The notes under the pieces are model-generated. The model searched no databases and was not told where the DNA came from. It saw only the letters and a program-made list of their open reading frames with translations. The translations under genes and the position numbers were made by a program. A stretch of 64,000 bases of DNA from Ptychomitrium polyphyllum. Lineage: Eukaryota. Below are positions 50,480 to 63,300 of the stretch, in pieces (position 1 is the stretch's first letter; each line of letters starts with the position of its first letter). Location of the stretch: positions 248,001 to 312,000 of the forward strand of contig OZ316775.1 in the NCBI GenBank assembly GCA_973851085.1, read 5' to 3'.

Positions 50480-53400
50480 CACATCTTATAGGTGCGGAAG
50501 CACAAAGGATACGAGATTTTATCTACTTGTATTGCAATTGTTATGCCTTTAGTTTCAACGACCTTGATGGCTATAGAAGCAAACTCATTCACATTTAGTT
50601 GGAGGATGATCATCCAATCTTTCGACGGCCTTACAAATTGAGTGCTTCAGAAAAAATTGGTGTTTAAACTCGTTGTCAAGAGTTATGAGCTGCAAGTTTG
50701 ATTGAGATCTCCAATGAAGAGTATGCTTGTGTCTTAGTGATGCCTTCTAAGAAAGATATATTTGGCAAGTGGATAGAAAATTGGATGTGTGGAGATTACC
50801 ATCCAATTAATCAAAAGACTAAGTCAGACCGGTATCCAATGCTAAAGCCAGAGGAGCTATTTGATGCAGTTGGATTCTCTTGAGGTTTCAGCACTTTGAA
50901 CTTGCAATCTGGCTATCACCAATTGCCATTGTTTGTGGAAGACCAAGTGAAGACAGTATTTTGGAGAATTAATCAAGATTACAAGGATCAACTCTATCAT
51001 TGGAAGTTTCTTTCATTTGGCCTGAAGAATGCACTAGCTAAGTTTTAGAGGTTGATGGACCGGATCTTGATTGGCTTACCATTTGCTAGATGCTACATTG
51101 ATGATGTTATCATCTTTAGTAGTAGCCCACAAGAGCATAAGAAGCATTTACAGACAGTGTTTGAGCGATTACGGCAATGGAGATTGCGCTTACACCATGG
51201 CAAGTGTAAATTCTTCCACGACTAATTACCATACTTGGGCCACATGATTTTTCCATGAGATTTGGGCGTGCAGCAAGCAAAGGTAGATGCTTTGCAAAGG
51301 ATTCCAGCTCCTATCAATGTGTCATGGCTTTGAGCTTTTCTTGGCTTGGCAAATTTCTATCGCAAATTTGTCATGAACTTCAGCTTAATTGCAAAGCCTT
51401 TAACCACTCTTACGGGCAAGGACTAGCCATGGACTTGGAGTTGTGAGCAGTAACAGGCATTCGATATGTTGAAGCAAAGGTTGGATTTAGCTCCAGTGCT
51501 TTGACGTCCAGATGCTACTAGACCGTTTCAATTGCATACAGACTAGAGTGCAGTAGATTGGAAGCGGTTTTGGCACAGAAGGATGATGTTGGGCAGGATT
51601 ATGTCATTGCATTTGCTTTTAGAAGCAATAACAATGCGGAGTCCAACTACTCATCTTATGAGGGGAAGCCTTGGCAATAGTTTGGGCCATTGCTCACTTC
51701 CAACCTTATTTATACGGGCAACGGTTTACATTGGTGACTGTCCATCAACCTTTGAAGTGGCTAATGGAGTCAAACAAAACTGTTGGCAAGCTTGCTAGAT
51801 GGGCATTGTTGCTTCAAGAGTATGACTTTGAGGTTGTACATCGAGCAGGCCTCATCAATTTGGACGCGAATGGATTTTTCCGCAATCCAAGTCTTTCAAA
51901 TTAGGACTTGATTAGAGCCAGATGGCATGGAGATTGCAATAGAGAGGCAGTGCCTGGGAGGCATGCGGTAGCATATCTTACTTTGATATCAGGCTCAACA
52001 CATGAGGTGTCTAATCAAGGCTTAGATGAAGAACTTGACAGAATCCAAGTTGTTGGCGATGTGTGGGAGGACCTTGCGGTCTTGCACAAGCTTCAACAAG
52101 GATCATTTCCTTTAGCTATCTCTGCTATAGAGCACAACAGGATTAGTCACTGAGTAGCAAGATTCCGTTGGGATAATGGCTTGCTATTTTGTGTGTGGCC
52201 GGATGGAGCTAGGTGCATAGTTCTAAGGCCAAATTAGAGAGCTTCCTTAGTGCAGCAAGTGCACAAGGACCTTGGACATTTTGGAGTGCGCAGAATACAT
52301 TCTATGTTGCGCAGTCAATATTGGTGGACTAGCATATATCAACAGGTTGCCATATATGTTTCTTGGTGTGAGGTGTGTGACTAAGTTAGGTCCAATTTTA
52401 ACACCTTATCACCTCAGTTGAGACCTTTATCCATCATGGATTTGGGCTACCATTGGTCTTTAGACATTGTTGGGCCACTTGTTGTCATTCCACGTGGAGC
52501 TAAATACATGTTGGTGATGGTGGAGCATTTTAGCAAGTAGATTGAATTTGTGGCTCTACCACAAAATTCTTCCGAGTTGGCAGCCATGGCATTTCTTGAT
52601 CGCGTCTTGGCACATTTTGAAGCACCTGCTGAGGTGTTAACTGATCAAAGGAGAGAGTTTATTGGATCTTTTGAGGCTTTGTGTTCTAAGGCTTTGATTG
52701 ATCATTGTACAATGTCCAAAGATCACCCTGAGGCAGATGGCTTGGCTAAACGGGTTGTTCAGACCGTAAAGCGTGAATTACGGAAGTATGGATTGTTTCA
52801 TGGCAACCATCCTGATTGGAACTTGATGTTACCGTGGATTGCAATGGGTTACTGCTTTAGCAAGCAAGGATCTTTGGCTTCTTACAGTTATTACCAATTA
52901 TTATATAGACGGGAGCTAAACCTACCTAGCTCAGTGCGTGAGAAGTTGGCTCCAGTTGTGGACTTGGATGACCCTAATATTTAGGCTCAATGTCCACACG
53001 ATTGAGAAAAATTCTTCAAGAGGGCTATGCCTATGGCAATGGAGAACTTAGCTATTGCTCAACATTGTGATAATTTACGATATGCTTGTATCCATAGTAA
53101 AGCTTATTGACCTCAGTTGCAAAGATTCTCTAAGGAAAATTATGTGTATCTGCAACGTGAGGCTTCTACAACACTTGATGTTAAGGCGGGGCGCACAATT
53201 CTTTGTGTGAAGGATGTGTTACCTAGTGGTATCTTGTTGCTTGAAGACAAAAATGGACGAGAGTGTCGGAAGCATTCAAAGAATTGTGTTCCATGTCATC
53301 TTCCTATTGATGGTTCTGTACATTCTGAGCTAGCGGTTGTGCCAGATGGCCTTCTTTGTTTTGTATGTCGTGAGAAGAAAAGAGCTGCTACCATGTTATT

Positions 53401-53500
53401 GTGTGACAAATGCCAACGTAGATGGAACATGGCATGTTTGATATCACCCCTTTCAACTCTACCTTCTGGAGATTGAATTTGGCCTTGTTGTCGGAAGTCT
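50480..53500 (+). pseudogene. RT-RNase H-integrase-PHD portion of the outer element's pol
   Basis: RT: MCGDYHPINQKTKSDRYPM, YIDD at 51094-51105. RNase H: FQLHTD*SA, LAIVWAIAHFQPYLYGQRF. Integrase: HKDLGHFG..WCEVC, WSLDIVGPL, VLTDQRREF, HPEADGLAKR. PHD finger at 53357-53491. Confidence 0.92.
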
Positions 53501-55466
53501 TCCAACCATTTGTCAAATGGTGACAAGAGTTGAGGACTTCTTGGAAGTTTGCCACATGTTTTTGTATTGAAGTTGCCATTCAGCTGGTAGATATAAGTCA
53601 TTGGTTCAATGCTAAGCATTAAGAGAAGTTGATCAAGGGATTCAACATCCAAAATCATTGAAGGCGATTAAAAATGGGGCTCATATTGCATCCCGCCTAT
53701 AATCTTTTAGTTATTTCTCCACTCAATTGCTTGATCCTTTGTATTTGCAACAATACCAACATGGATGTGTACAAGTATTGCAGCAACATTATCATGGCGA
53801 TCATCCACAATAACGTATGTGTTTGTTCCTAGCTGATTGGAGGGACTCCTTATTTGCGAGGGGGGGAACTTGAAGGTGTGTTTGTTATGCATTTGGGTTT
53901 GGTTTTGATTTTATATTTGATTATTGATGCTCACACTCAATTTGTTGTGTGTAACGATCTTTGTTTACACGACTGCTGTTACGTAAAGTAACATCAGAGG
54001 GCCACATCACGTCAATTAGTTTGTTAAATGGACTCCAGTAGGAGTCTATGTTAGATTTGAATGAGTTTCATCCAAATTTCAAGGTTCATCCATCTAGGGT
54101 TTAGTTGTAAGTAGAGAATAACTTCTTGACTTGACATTATTATCAAGTCAAGTCTTGTGAGTGTATTTTTGGAAGAGGAAACTTATGTTATTGCTTTATT
54201 GTGGCTATGGTTCAGTAGCCTTTAATAAAGTCTTGAGTTCCCTCCTATACTTGCACTCTTGGATTCTCCCTTTATGAAGTGAGAGATAGCTTGATTCTTT
54301 TGTGAATGATTAGTTTCTTGAGTGTGGAGAGAAATTAGGTTCTTGAGGATGTGCTTGTTATGCATTTGGATTTGGTTTTGATTTCATATTTGATGATTAA
54401 TGCTGGCACTCGATTTGTTGTATGTGACAATCTTTGTTTATACAACAAAGGTGTTTTTTATAGAAAGTATGTGTAATGGCTTTGAAAGAAGCTCTATTAA
54501 AGCCCAAGTCCAATATACATTTAAAAATCGTTCTAAAAGAAGTAGAGAATTTAAAATAACAATGAATTAGATTTATAATAGAAGCAAATTAAAACAACAT
54601 AATGACTATAAACCATAGAAGAAATGGCACTTGAATACAATTAGTATTGTTAGAATAGATGACGATGTTATATTGGTAGTATTTAAGAAATAAAAGTGCA
54701 AAGCAAACAACATCAACATTTATAGCCTTTTGTATTGAAGATTATCAAACACATTTTAAATATATATGTTTAATATTCACATTTGAATACATTTATTAAT
54801 TATATTAAATATATTTTGAATATACTTTATTACATAATTAAAAATATAATGGATCCACCAAATAAAGCATTGTATTTTATAACCCATGGCATCAAGTGCA
54901 AAATCAATAAAAAGAACATATTTTTTATTCTTTCACATAAATTTGTATAAAAATTGTATTAGTACTTGTATTTTGAATACAATCTAATACATGTGTTTTG
55001 ATTCAAAGTACATACATATGCTAAAATATTGAAGTGTCATTTTTACTCTATACTAAATTATAATATTTTCTTTGCTAAATTCCATTAAATATGATAAAGC
55101 TTATGAGTGAAAATTGTATGATATTCAAAAGAACAAAGATACTTCCAATTTCCTAAGAATTATAAATTATTACATATTTTTAATGGCTTAATTTTGCAAT
55201 CATAATTTAAGATATTATAGTAGATATCATGCATCCTAATGTTCTCAATTTTAACTATAGGTATGGCAATATTGGTGCTAGTAGAGCCTTGCAAAATTTC
55301 TATATGCACATCATATATCATAACATATATCAAATGGTAGAAAGAGTATCATTGAACTTTATAACTTAGGAATTTTCAATACAAAAGTGGATCCTTCAAT
55401 TGCATGTATTTTTGTACTACATTATTTAACTGAAACAATTCTCAATCAAAGAGCACCTCAAACTTA

Positions 55467-55586
55467 ACAATACATTAATTTTTTTAATAGAAACATAGTG
55501 GTTGCTGGGATTTGCAAGTGTATGTGACAATACATTAATTTTTTTAATAGAAACATAGTGGTTGCTGGGATTTGCAAGTGTATGTG
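55467..55586. repeat. Perfect 60-bp tandem duplication
   Basis: ACAATACATTAATTTTTTTAATAGAAACATAGTGGTTGCTGGGATTTGCAAGTGTATGTG x2. Confidence 0.95.
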
Positions 55587-56561
55587 AGGCTATGTGTAGT
55601 ATAGTGTGGCAAAGGTTACACCAATAATCCCATATTGTTTAGACTATGTGAAAGAGTACAATTGAAAAACTACAAAATAAATTGGTGTGTAAAGGTGTAA
55701 GTGTTGCTGACAACGCTCTTGTTCACAATGCTCATGTTCACCATGCTTGTGTATATGATGCCATGGATCACAAAGGGGTTTCTGGTGTGGGGTTCAATTA
55801 ATAAAATTTTACACTATGCACCAATTATATACCTAACATATATTTAAAACAAGAAAAGTCAGCTTAATATTTGGCCCTTCAAAAGGACTAAAGTTCTTTT
55901 ATCCAGCCCTATAATATATATCATGGGAACAATTAAAAACAATCCAAATGTACCGCCCAAACATCAACCTGAGTTTGGATATGGATATGTTAAAGGTGCT
56001 TTCTTCCTGTTAATTCAAGTTGCAATCTAGTTACAAATTTGAACATTTCTCAAAATGGAGGAATGCTGTATGATATTGTCCAGTCAATGACATATACCAG
56101 ACATACCAAGCATTTAAGTAGTGTATGATAAAAGATTCATCATCACATAACTTTACAATACCAATTGCCAAGCTTCCTGGAGGATAAAAACGTTGTGTTT
56201 GCTAAATCATTCCTTTCAGTAAATTATAATAGTACAGGCAGGTTGATTGTGGTACTATGTGACATTTCCTGCTTCACGTTGTGTTCTAATTTCTTCGTAT
56301 GCCTTATACTGCATTTTTCACTCAATTAAACCAAATAGTACAAGCAGGTTACAACTACCTGCATCAGAGGCTGAGAACTGCAGCTATGAGAACCCGTGTC
56401 GACCCTAGGCACTTCAATGATAACCGAGCTTTGATGCACTTGTGGAATGGCAAAGACCACGTCCTAAGGAGCATTAGACGTCAAAGAGCTTCTCAGTTGC
56501 CTCCCCAACCTTCTCTGACATCAGAATTGAAGGCTAAGTTACCATAAAGGGATCACATAGG

Positions 56562-59500
56562 TCATAATACAACTCCCGATACCCAAGGTACAATGGAAGG
56601 TGCTGTTGGATGTTGTTGTCTGTATACTTCGTCGTAGTGTCCTTTAAAATTGATTTGTGGTTCATCAGCCTGCCACGAAAAACAACCTTCTTTAGGAGTA
56701 TGCCTTCTATTTATCAAGATGCAAGATGACTTGACTCTAATCGGCTCAGTTAGGTTTATGTAAACCAATTGCATACAGCTCCATAAAATAAGCCCATGAA
56801 GAACACGGTGTGATAGTAATGCAGCGCCAAACAACATTGGTACAATATGACAGCAGCGAGAACTAACCTGCTTGAGCCAGCATTCATGATTCTTGTGGAT
56901 ATATTTATCAGGAGAATGGCATCCACCTTCACTAGGACAGTACACCCAGATACTGCATTTCTTTTGTCCCTCTGTAGCATTTTTGGCCTGATCTAGGCAC
57001 GCTTGGCAACAATCAGCTGCACTTTCTACATGATGCGTGAGCCCCCATCGAACGGCTTCTCCCGAATAATCAGTGTGTATCTCTGCGTGGCATTCTGAAG
57101 GTATTGCTCTCCCTGGTATAATCTTATGTTCTGCACAGAATGGCAGAGATTAAAAAGCAAAAATAATAGTATTAAAAAATCAATAAAACAAAAACAAAAA
57201 ACAAAATTCATTAAAACAAAAAGAGTATTGAAAGGTCTGCCTTCAACTCTAAAAATGTAAGACGTACAGAAGAAGCAAACTTAATAACAAGGAATCACAG
57301 ACAAATAACTCATGTAATCACATACAGGGGTCAATAATCACATCCATCCAGTAGGAAATGAACAATTTGGCATACAACAAAATTTCTTGGACTAAGATTG
57401 GACAAATGCTAGCCAGTAAGAAATAAAACACACCAATGCAAGAACAATACAGTAGTTCACATTGTGAGAAGACAAATATCAATTCTATTTATATGACAGA
57501 AATGCACTAAAATCCTTACAAAATTCATCCTGTTAAAATAAGAATGATTCAAAGGCAACAGGATTTCAAAAAAGACAAGATCGGCTGTGCATATGATAGT
57601 CGCTTGAATTTATGTTTTTGTAACCATGCTTCTTTAACAACATGGCTATTGTTACTACCTTTTACAATGGTAAGTTGCAGCTCTACCCTTCAGAAACAAA
57701 TCCACTAATAACCTAACATCATCTTAAAGCAATAGCTGACACCTGAACCTTATTACACGCAACAACACACCTTTCGAACGAGACTCTCCAAATCAAATTA
57801 CCAATATTCAATTTCAATTAGCAAAAGCGGCCAAAGCAAGACTGGATAGAATCGGCTATGCCCATCTAAATTGATAGCTTTTTGTTTTCATAAGGCATGC
57901 TTCACATAATAACATGTTGGTTAAACACCAAAGGTTTATAAAGACCACTTTCAAAATTATTAAGCTATAGCACTAGCCCTAAAGAATAATTACTGCTAGT
58001 CTAACTCAATTTCAAAAAATGTCCATGTATATATATAGAAACAAAGAAACGGATTCTTTTAACTAGTCATTGCCAATAGATTTGAAATCACTAAGATGTA
58101 ATTATGAAAGACTTTCCAATTAAGTTGACAAAAATACCCACACTTCAACTTCAAATATTTTCTAGCACCTTCATGTGAAACTTAATATAGCTGTTACCTT
58201 CCAAACCTGAAAAATGTAATCCGGCCTAACTTTTCAAGATAATAACAGGACAACGATATAAAACGTTGGAAAAATAGAACCCAAGAAGGGACGGTCATGT
58301 TCTGGACATAAACAAAACCTTAAGACAAACAGCGCATTGATTCAATTACCCATGTCAACTTTCTGAGTCGACTCTCCACTACTACGCTTAATATCCTTCA
58401 GTATTCCTTCGCCAAGAAGTTGAACCCTAGCATCCACTCCTTTCTCTTCACTGCCTGTCACAGCCAGCATATTATAAAAAGTTAAATTTATAGACTCTAA
58501 AGCCATTGCGTTTATTTTAAGAATTGTGCTTTAGATTATGACCAGTATTCTCTTCAGTAATAATAGGAAGTGTTCATCAGAGAGATTTGTTTCTTAGATA
58601 TGATTAGTCCCCTTACCTGGCGTAATATCACTACTTCTCTTCTCCAGCTTTCTCTTCTTCCATTCCTCCAGAGCTACAACAATAGAGCAACGGAGATCAG
58701 TAACCATAGAGCTAATCACTAGGACAGAAGCAAAAAGGTTTAATCTTTTGACAGATATTAAACTGAAGGAGAAATCAACAGAATTTATGATGCTATTATC
58801 AATCCTGTATTTCACCGAGAATGCGAATGTAGAAACAGAATCGGTAGAAATAACTACCTTTTTGAGTAGCCTGACCGTTACTAAGCTTGAGCTCACGTAG
58901 TCGGTTAGCGAGCTCCGAGGCTACCCTTTGCCTCGCTAAATTCAATTCAGCAGTCCTATGAATCTCCAATTCTGTCTCTTCTTCAATCTCCTTCACCTTC
59001 AAGAACCATCCCAGAAAAGCAATCATCCTAAGAGTCCGTACTCCCTCCTTAGGGTTAGGTCATATTCTCGTTGATCAGTTCTTAATCCAGCGAAATTTGA
59101 CGATGAGTATTCTTAATCTTCGTCTCTCAATGACTATCTGGAAAAGAACCTACATTCTCATAATTGTAGTCTAAGTGGTCAGGATATCAAAGCTGGAATG
59201 GACTGCAAGGCGTGATGGTGGAGACGCGGATCAGCCACAAAAGATCTATAACCAGAAGAAAAATATCCTCAAAACCTACCCGCTCAATCAAGTGAACAGG
59301 AAGCAACTCGCGTCGCAGCTGATTGGAATCCTCAATGCGCTCCAACTCTTCCTTCGTTTGCACAACCACTCCTTCCAAACCTGTCATCCTCTATTGAAGT
59401 CAGACTTCTCTCTGCCACGGCGCTAAAATTTCATGACCAGGAACCGCGCCCCAAGACTGAAATCGGAAGCCAAACCACACCGGACTCAACTCGTAACCAC

Positions 59501-59775
59501 AACAGTACCAGAAAACACGGATCACGGATTGCCAGCAAAGCAGATGCCGCTACGATCACGAACACCGAACGCACATCAAGGGACAACAAGCGCGCACCAT
59601 CAGGAGAAACGCTGACACCATCAGGGGCCGGCGACGACGGCAACTCGTAGTAAACAGGAAGGGCAGCCTGCAGCATGAAGAGCGCCACCAAAATATTGGA
59701 TGTGCACAAAATAACAGTCGCCCTCTTGTAGGAACATCGCAACCTCCCCGTCCATTCCCCAGCCGAATGCGCCAT
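56562..59775 (-). CDS. Conserved plant protein with an N-terminal membrane anchor, coiled-coil stalk and C-terminal Cys-rich Apple/PAN-like domain (resembles Arabidopsis At4g33380, from memory). Exons 59775-59619, 59380-59280, 58996-58858, 58673-58617, 58454-58350, 57130-56868, 56669-56562.
   Basis: MAHSAGEWTGRLRCSYKRATVILCTSNILVALFML; CHAEIHTDYSGEAVRWGLTHHVESAADCCQAC..CSIWVYCPSEGGCHSPD..ECWLKQ|ADEPQINFK..VPWVSGVVL. All six introns are GT-AG and the phases are consistent. Confidence 0.85.
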
Positions 59776-60279
59776 CTCCACAAGCACGCACTCACTGAAG
59801 CTACCCCTCGCAACAACCGCAACACTCGAGAAATCCGTCTCCCGGGTCCTCGTCAATATCCATAGGCCACATTCCCCTCTGCAGCCTCCATCGCCAAAAT
59901 CCCACACGTTCGCCACAGCCGAATCTTGGCAACCTGTCCTCCAAAGGCCCCTCTCAGTCGCAGCTAGCGCATCACCAGTTCATCCTCCCCCACATTAACA
60001 GTCTCCCTCCGCTGCTGCATGCCCAACACCAAAAACAGAGAGGCCATCGGCCGGAAACGTGACAAAATCAATTGCGTCCCCAGATCAGATAATGAGCGTC
60101 TCGCTCTCTCCCACTCTCTCGCGCGCAACTCCAACCATCGTACCGGAGGGCCCCAGAATAGACAAAAGACGACCACGATCACCTATGGCATGGGGGCGCC
60201 CCCGTGCCGCCAATCGCCGCACCATGGTCCTGACAGTACGCCCGCAAGTCAAAGCGTTGCCATCGGCGCCGCGAGTGCT

Positions 60280-60346
60280 GGTGATGGTGATGGTGATGGT
60301 GATGGTGATGGTGATGGTGTGGTGATGGTGATGGTGTGGTGATGGT
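60280..60346. repeat. (GGTGAT)n hexamer microsatellite upstream of the Apple-domain gene
   Basis: ggtgatggtgatggtgat..., with two GGTGT interruptions. Confidence 0.95.
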
Positions 60347-63300
60347 GTCTCTCGAGGGATCTCGCTGCCTGTGCCCGCTGAAGCGTCGGCGCCGTATCTT
60401 GAGGGGGCCTAGATGCTACATTAAAACCATATCTCACATGCAACTTTGGCTTTGGTGATATATTCTCTTATTTTATAAGTGTTGCATTTATGTAAATGCT
60501 CAAAGTGTTCCTCCACCAAATATGTTCACATTAGGCAATTTTGTCTATGAATTTCATCTACATGTATCTTAATAGCCAAATTAAATAAGAAGATATTACT
60601 AAAAATTAAAATGTTTTTCTAATTTTTTATTTTACTTTTAAATTTGGATGTATGGCTTCTTCAAAATTTAAGGATTTTAAACTCCAAATTGAGGTACTTA
60701 TACTAAAAGAATGGTTATACTTTGCCTTATAACCAAAATTAATTAAAAAAGAATAAAAAACAATTTGAAAAAAATGGCTTCAATTAAATATACTTTGGCA
60801 ACATCTAATCAACCAAGGGTTCTAATTGATTGGGCTTTTGAATAGGCAACACACAAGAGTTTTATCTAAAAGTTATCTTTTATAATTACTACAATGAATA
60901 TACAATTAAAGTAATTTATTAGTATGTTAGTACTCAAAGCAAATGAATGTTTGTAGATGACTAAATATTTTGAATTTCAATTAAAAGTATAAGTCAAGAA
61001 ATATATATCAATACATATTGCATGTTACAACATAAAATCCATATGTAGCATTGCCAAGAATTTTGGCTTTTCTAGGTTTTTAAGTTTTGTTAAGAACCAT
61101 ATTTCAAAAATTGTAATTCATTCAAAATGAAGAAGTATCCATTATATAATTACATATATTTTAAATACATACGTAAATCAATATCAAATCTATTTTTGGT
61201 AGTTTAAAATGGCCATTTCATTAAAAATCAATAAATCTTACATTTTACAATAAACATAAAGATATAAAATACATGATCTTCTTTTGCTTCAAATGAAGGT
61301 CAAAAAAGAAAACATATCTCTTTGTTATCATTATCATTTATGTATTTATATAGTTTATGTTGTATTTTTTTTTTTAAATCTTTAATTTAGGAGTTAAAAA
61401 GACATTTTCAAATTTAATACATACTTTACATTGAGCATTGAAATGTCTTGCATTACTTTTGTATTGCAATCTATATTAAAATGTATTGCATTTGAAACCA
61501 AAATACACTCCCTTGAGACATGGTTTTATCACATTCATTTTGTACCATAGGTAGTTAGTTTTTCCATGTAAAATGGCATATTTATTGTATGTATAATTTT
61601 CATAATAATTAGTTAAATTTTTTGACTAATTTTATAAAGATTGCATTGTTTCAAAATAAGCTATTGATATATTGATATGTCATACCTATTGTTAGAAAGC
61701 TTCTCTTAAACATTGCACTTATTATTGTAGTTAATGTGCATGATATTGGCCACCTCGTCATGATCATCATGCATTGCACTATAGTTCCTAATTCCATCAT
61801 AAGTGGAAGCACAATAGTTAAGTTGAAACTTGAATTTGAACTTTCCTTCATATTGGAAGTCACATCCTAAGCAACAGTGGTTTTTAATGACCACCAATAT
61901 GATTCCATTCCATGAAGAAGATTTCTTTTTTCTTAAGCCACAAAAACTTACTCAATGTCACAAATCACATTAATGATTATCAACTTGATATGAAGTTGAA
62001 GATGCAATTGGTTATTACATGAGGTTGCCATCCTTTGTCAAAAAAACTCTAAACACCATCAAAACTTTCACAATCTCCACAAAAATTCTAAAAAATACTA
62101 AAAGGATTTCATACTGTACTCCAAAACCTCTCCAAAATCATTCAAAAACTTGGCAAAGAATGTCCAAAATAAGGGACAAGAATGGGTAAGGCACCGGGAG
62201 AAAGGGAGTGGTGGGTAGAACAGAACTAAGGATGGGGGGAGGGCAAACGACAAAATAAGTAGCAGCCAATTTTTTTGAAATTAACTAACGTGAACATGGA
62301 TGCTATTCAATAAGATTCCGCATCCATTAAAGTACCAGCATATGTGTAAGTTTGCCCAAGCCGAACATGGCATGGGAGGCGGCAAGCTGAGACGCCCTAT
62401 TTTCGTTCAGTGGGTGCTAATTTTCGAGTGTTTTGTTTGGTAGAGTGCAATCACGTTCGCCGTAGCTGTATGAAAGTAATGATTACTTCTGAGATCCAGT
62501 TGCTTTGCTGGCCATTCATCATGTTTGGGTTGGGGGTTGGACTCTGAGGGGTGAATTCTACACTACTTCAAGGTTGACCATAAGCATAGGCTCCTCACAA
62601 GGTAAATCCAGCCTCCTATATTCATCATGCCAGGGCTCCCTCTCATTTCTTATTAACTACACTAACTTTCCCTACAACCCTACTGGGTAAACCCCTCCAA
62701 CCACATGAATTAATTCCTTAGTGCCTTACAGTCTCTCAAAATTGACCACTTTAAAACATAACTTGTGCAATTCATCTTCAAAGTTTGTTTTAGTAGCCAT
62801 TTTAGACAATTTTTAGTAAATTATTATATACCAACTGTATGCATACTAGTAAATCTATCTTTACTGTAACCTGTAACCAATATTGTTAAAAATGGTTTTG
62901 ATTTCTTAAGCTTAAATATTTTTTCAACTTCATTGTTGGAAATTCTGTTTTAACAATTTGTAATTTAGAATTCTTTGAATGGAATTCAAATATGAAATTC
63001 TTAGCATTGAATATTTTTGAAATCTCTACGCAATTATATTTAAGGATTTCATTTTCAAAGGACAAATTTGAGCCAAAAAGTTACAACTTTCAATGAAACT
63101 TATTTTCAAATTATTATTTACAAGTTATTAACAAAAAATTGTTGTAAGAACTTAAATTACAACTATAAATGTTCCAAAATTTGGATCCTTAGACAATAAC
63201 AAATTAAAGATGTATAATAACTACCATAGTGGTATTTTCATCTTCAATATAACATGCATATACTAACATACATCATCAAGTTTGCAATAACCACATAATG

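Larger units (their letters stand above)
38767..54447 (+). mobile_element. Outer Ty3/Gypsy retrotransposon (decayed) encoding gag-PR-DNA methyltransferase-RT-RH-integrase-PHD, with split direct repeats. Interrupted by a nested element at 43466-50003.
   Basis: Starts TG at 38767 and ends CA at 54447, flanked by AAGG on both sides. Repeat A: 38767-~39128 matches 53977-~54346. Repeat B: 53871-53973 matches 54344-54447. PPT GAGGGGGGGAAC at 53858-53869. RT-RH-INT order is Gypsy-type. Confidence 0.92.

Noticed and set aside
38767..54447. Classification of the outer element as DIRS/PAT because of split repeats and a methyltransferase
   Set aside because: It has an aspartic protease, an HHCC+DDE integrase, a PPT and a TSD. 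No tyrosine recombinase was seen, and the MTase has C5 (PC) rather than N6-adenine motifs.
60019..60443. ORFs with GD/VM/PS repeats
   Set aside because: Artefacts of the (GGTGAT)n repeat in a GC-rich promoter.
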